This document shows, one piece after another, positions 59,350 to 64,000 of a stretch of 64,000 nucleotides of DNA. Both the position numbers and the translations under genes were made by a program. The notes below the pieces were generated by a model, which ran no database searches, was not told where the DNA came from, and saw only the letters and a program-made list of their open reading frames with translations. The stretch is taken from NCBI RefSeq assembly GCF_963921235.1, contig NW_026948178.1, positions 372,001 through 436,000 of the forward strand, in the 5' to 3' direction. The DNA comes from Mobula hypostoma (lineage: Eukaryota). Position 1 is the first letter of the stretch, and every line of letters begins with the position of its first letter.

Positions 59350-59930
59350 TCTGGTCACCAATTGCAATTCTGGTCACCGAATTATAGGAAAGATGTCAAT
59401 ACATTTGAGAGAGTACAGAGGAGATTCACTAAAATGTTGCCTGGGTTTCATCTCCTAAGTTACAGAGGAAGGTTGAACAAATTAGGTCTTTATTCTTTGG
59501 AGCGTATAATGTTGAGAAGCACATGACAGATGTGTTTAAAATTATGGGGGGTGGGATTGATGGAGTTGACGTGGACAGGCTTTTTCCATTGATTATGGGG
59601 GAGGTTCAAATAAGAGGACATGAGTTGAGAGTTATAGGGCCAAAGTTTAGGGTTAACATGAGGGGGAACTTCTTTACTCAGAGAGTGGTAGCTGTGTGGA
59701 ACGAGCTTCCAGCAGAAGTGGTTGAGGCGGGTTCGATGCTGTCGTTTAAAGTTAAGTTCGATAGGAATACGGGCAGGAAAGGAATGGAGGGTTATGGGCC
59801 GAGTGCAGGTCGGTGGGACTAGGTGAGAGTAAGAGTTCGGCACGGACTAGAAGGGCCGCGATGACCTGTTTCGATGCTGTAATTGTTATATGGTTCTATG
59901 TTTATATATGTGCTGGTTATATGGTTATAA
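59350..59930 (+). mobile_element. CR1 3' end
   Basis: QFWSPNYRKD...FFTQRVVAVWNELP. Confidence 0.85.
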
Positions 59931-60714
59931 GACGGTACGTGTTGACCCAGGGCCTAGTATTTACCCTACAACTAGTAAGAAAACTCTGGCAGAATGTCAC
60001 GACAGAAAGGCAACCAACGGAGAGACTTGCAGGCGACATCATCACTGAATGCTGTGTTGAATCAGAGGATGAGGAGCTTGGGGTGTGATAAACGTTACTT
60101 TATGCAAACACCCCCCAACCCAATAAATGTTGAAGATATTCGGAAACCACTCCAAGCTGACTTGCGGAGGGTGAGACTAGCAGTGGAAATACAGACTCAA
60201 TGCTTGATAATGAATTTGGACTCCTGCGTAATTGGGGATACACCGGAACGCCGTTAAGTGACGAAGTGACTTGAGTTTCCGGGAAGCACAAGTAATGGGC
60301 AGGGGAAGGCCGCCCTAGGGGGACAGAGAGATCTCAAGGAATGGACGATTCGATGAAGAATCGGATGAGAGGTTCTATCGGTTGCTGGTGAATAGGAGTT
60401 GATGCTGTGAGTACAAGGCTCTCCAGCCATTAGGAGACCTCGGCAACAACTTTGTGCACATTTGAATGATTGAATTATAATGTATTCTCCTATTTTTATC
60501 TTTTTTCTTTCTTCTTTAATAACTCTTTGGTTAAGTTAAATTTCATAAATATGCCTTTCTTATAACAGTCTGCATTGTATAATTTGTTATATCTTGCCGA
60601 CGCATAATTGCAAGTGGACACAGAATTCGCTCAGATTGGGGCGCGAGTGGTTGAAACATCCCTGCTCTCTGGGTCTGGTGGGGCTCAATTGTGAGACGCA
60701 CCGCGTTGGCGAAA

Positions 60715-62326
60715 GGTGGTTTTCTCACCGCTGACTCCATTGGCCCTGTTAACGAGCCGTGTTTCAGGAGGAGCCCGGTAAAAGGGAGTTTCACTCATTT
60801 GCCTGTAAGTGGACAGTTCCACCTGAGAAGGTGTGAATCCGGATTTACTGACCTCACCCCTACGGAAACTGTGCACAGTGAAAGCCCACGGCGCACACTA
60901 GATCTTCAGTGATCTACTCATCTCTCAATGTAAACACTCACATGTGAGCTCTCTCAGTCGTCCCAGTGGAGGCGTGAGACATCTTTACTCGCATATCCTG
61001 ATCTCTACACCACTCCAGGATGCTCAGGTGATCTCAGCAACATCTCATCATGTCTGTTCTCTTTGCCTCATTAAATTAAATCCTCTTCCATGCTCTACGC
61101 GCTTTACTTACCTTTCTTTGTGAAATTATAAATATGTGAGGCCAAGCAGAGATCCTCTCAGAAGTTCACGCCAAGAAGCTTAAAGCTGCTCACCACTTCC
61201 GGGAGGACGTGTGTCTGTTCGCTTGAATTCTCCTTCGTGAAGTCCACAATACATTCCTTCGTCTCGCTGTCTTGCTGTGCGGCTTCACTCAACCAGTCTA
61301 TCTATCTGGCAGTTAAGCAGTATTCAGAAAAATGACACGTGAGCTGGTAGAGGATGAAATAAGAGGAGCGAGGACGGATCGGCCTTCTCCTTCTTCCGCG
61401 TTTTCGGTTCGTTTATTCCCCTCGACACGTTCTCGCTCCGCGACCCATTCAGCTCCGCCTTTTCAGATGACGGGCTGCAGTGATCCGGCGCGGAGACCAG
61501 GAAGTGCGGCTCAGTCTCCGAGTGTAACAGACACAGGCGCTGCTCTCTCTCGGGATGGCGGGGTTGTCCATCTCAGAGCTTGCTCTTTGTCTGTTCATTC
61601 CTGCGGGTCACTCTCTCAGGAGCGTCTGCTCAGTCAATCAGGATGCTGGACAGTTGCTGAGAAAGCTGGGCTGACAGGGAACGGGACGGGGGCTTCTTCG
61701 GTGGGAGACGAAGAGAGAGGAAGGCCGAGGGAACCAGCGGGAGGATTCCATCCAATCGGAATGCTCCATACTATGGAGTCCAAGGGGAAAGTTCTTTCGA
61801 CGCCGTGAGTACAAGGACAGCGCCACCTTTTGGATGATTTGAGCTACAACGTCGTACAAATTTGACTACTTTAAAATAATGGCAGCTTTATTTATTTATT
61901 TATTTTTCTTCTGTTCCCTTACGTTGGCATTGATAAATTTAACTTTATTCTATTTCTGTGCAGTGTACAAGGGGACAAGGGGACAGCATTTACACTGTAT
62001 TCGCAGATATTTGGGGGCAGATGGTTGAAGCATTCGGACTCTCCCGGTCTGCTGGGTCCCAAGTCACAACGACGCAGGACGTACGGAGCTGTTGAAAGTC
62101 GGCTTTCTCACCGCTGAGTCCATTGGTTTGTTAACGAGGGGGTAACCAGCCATGTTTCTGGAGGCGCCCGCTAAAAGGGCGTTTCTCTCAGTTGTCTGTA
62201 GTTATCCACTCATCTCTCGGATGCGAACTCACATGGGCGCCTTTTCAGTCGACCCAGGGGAAGTTTACGACAACTGCATACCCATGTCCTAATTTCTGCT
62301 TCACGCCATGATTCTGGGGTGATTTA
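60715..62326 (+). repeat. Diverged local duplication (60715-61040 vs 62100-62326) around the orphan leader
   Basis: tttctcaccgctga.tccattgg...gttaacgag...tgtttc.ggagg.gcccg.taaaaggg.gttt shared by both copies. Confidence 0.6.
61555..61606 (+). pseudogene. Orphan leader exon MAGLSISELALCLFIPA(G) with ETS-containing promoter
   Basis: Same 52-nt length; upstream ggaagtgcggctcagtctccgagtgtaacaga identical to the other promoters; donor shortened to gtcact; no N exon about 200 nt downstream. Could belong to a gene beyond the window. Confidence 0.6.
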
Positions 62327-64000
62327 GAACATAGAACATAGAATAGCACAGCACAGTACAGGCCCTTCGGTCCAAAATTTTGTGCTGACCCTCAGACCCT
62401 GCCTCCCATATAAGCCACCACCTTAAATTCCTCCATATACCTGTCTAGTCGTCTCCTAAACTTCACTCGTGTATCTGCCTCCATCACTGACTCAGGCAGT
62501 GCATTCCACGCACCAACCACTCTCTGAGTAAAAAACCTTCCTCTAATATCCCCCTTGAACTTCCCACCCCTTACCTTAAAGCCATGTCCTCTTGTATTGA
62601 GCAGTGGTGCCCTGTGGCAGAGGCGCTGGCTATCCACTCTATCTATTCCTCTTATTATCTTGTACACCTCTATCATGTCTCCTCTCATCCTCCTTCTCTC
62701 CAAAGAGTAAAGCCCTAGCTCCCTTAATCTCTGATCATAATGCAGACATTCTAAACCAGGCATCATCCTGGTAAATCTCCTCTGTACCCTTTCCAATGCT
62801 TCCACATTCTTCCTGTAGTGAGGTGACCAGAACTGGGCACAGTACTCCAAGTGTGGCCTAACCAGAGTTTTATAGAGCTACACCATTACATCGCGACTCT
62901 TAAACTCTATCCCTCGACTTATGAAAGCTAATACCCCATAAGCTTTCTTAACTACCCTATCCACCTGTGAGGCAACTTTCAGGGATCTGTGGACATGTAC
63001 GCCGAGATCCCTCTGCTCCTCCACACTACCAAGTATCCTGCCATTTACTTTGTACTCTGCCTTGGAGTTTGTCCTTCCAAAGTGTACCACCTCACACTTC
63101 TCCGGGTTGAACTCCATCTGCCACTTCTCAGCCCACTTCTGCATCCTATCGATGTCTCTCTGCAATCTTTGACAATCCTCTACACTATCTACAACACCAC
63201 CAACCTTTGTGTCGTCTGCAAACTTGCCAACGCACCCTTCTACCCCCACATCCAGGTCGTTAATAAAAATCACGAAAAGTAGAGGACCCAGAATAGATCC
63301 TTGTGGGACACCACTAGTCACAATCCTCCAATCTGAATGCACTCTCTCCAGCACCACCCTCTGCCTTCTGCAGGCAAGCCAATTCTGAATCCACCTGGCC
63401 AAACTTCCCTGGATCCCATGCCTTCCAACTTTCTGAATAAGCCTACCGTATGGAATCTTGTCAAATGCCTTACTTTCGGTCGGTCAATTCATTGAGGACC
63501 TCGGTCACTTCCACAGCCTCCAGGCACATCTTCCCAGCTTTATCTCTAATCGGTCCTACCTTCACACCTGTCATCCCTTTTTTCTTCACATAATTGAAGA
63601 ATGCCTTGGGGTTTTCCTTTACCGTACTCGCCAAGGCCTTCTCATGCCCCCTTCTTGCTCTTCTCAGCCCCTTCTTAAGCTCCTTTCTTGTTTCCCTATA
63701 TTCCTCAATAGACGCATCTCATTCTTGCTTCCTAAACCTCATGTATGCTGCCTTCTTCCACCTGATTAGATTTTCCACCTCACTTGTCACCCATGGTTCC
63801 TTCACCCTACCATTCTTTATCTTCCTCACAGAGACAAATTTATCTCTTACATCCGGCAAGAGATCGCCAAACATCGACCACATGCCCACAGTACATTTGC
63901 CTGCATAAAACATCATCCCAATTCACACCCGCAAGTTCTAGCCTTATATCCTCCCTATTCGCCTTTCCCCACTTAAAAAAAAATTCTGTCCTCTCTGATT
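62327..64000 (-). mobile_element. CR1 LINE, young, runs off the window
   Basis: Minus ORFs GVPQGSILGP, KFADD, LEYCAQFW; (AGAACAT)n tail. Confidence 0.93.

Overview
Vertebrate genomic DNA, most likely from a cartilaginous fish (inferred from the CR1/Penelope repeat families). Roughly half is decayed CR1 LINEs, Penelope-like elements and LTR remnants, with a 135-N gap at 56045-56179. Between the repeats is a tandem cluster of CEACAM-like Ig-superfamily receptor genes on the + strand, which I reconstructed by hand from GT-AG sites and intron phases. Gene A (3357-18070, 8 coding exons, 233 aa) is leader, Cys-less IgV N domain, TM and a cytoplasmic tail. Gene B (38094-52222, 12 coding exons, 585 aa) has the same layout plus four IgC2 domains. 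Both tails carry a YEN motif and a YxxL-x7-YxxL ITAM that only appears after splicing. Gene B is preceded by an extra intact promoter-leader-N cassette (33998-34569); the equivalent cassette for gene A is inferred to end just left of the window. A CR1 element sits exactly at each cassette junction. The three visible N exons differ mostly at non-synonymous sites and are mosaics of each other, while the adjacent CR1 copies are almost identical. Also present: dead or orphan leader exons (33726, 61555), degenerate IgC exons and an inverted IgC pseudogene at about 27.5-29.3 kb. Expression, splicing and function are inferred, not shown.
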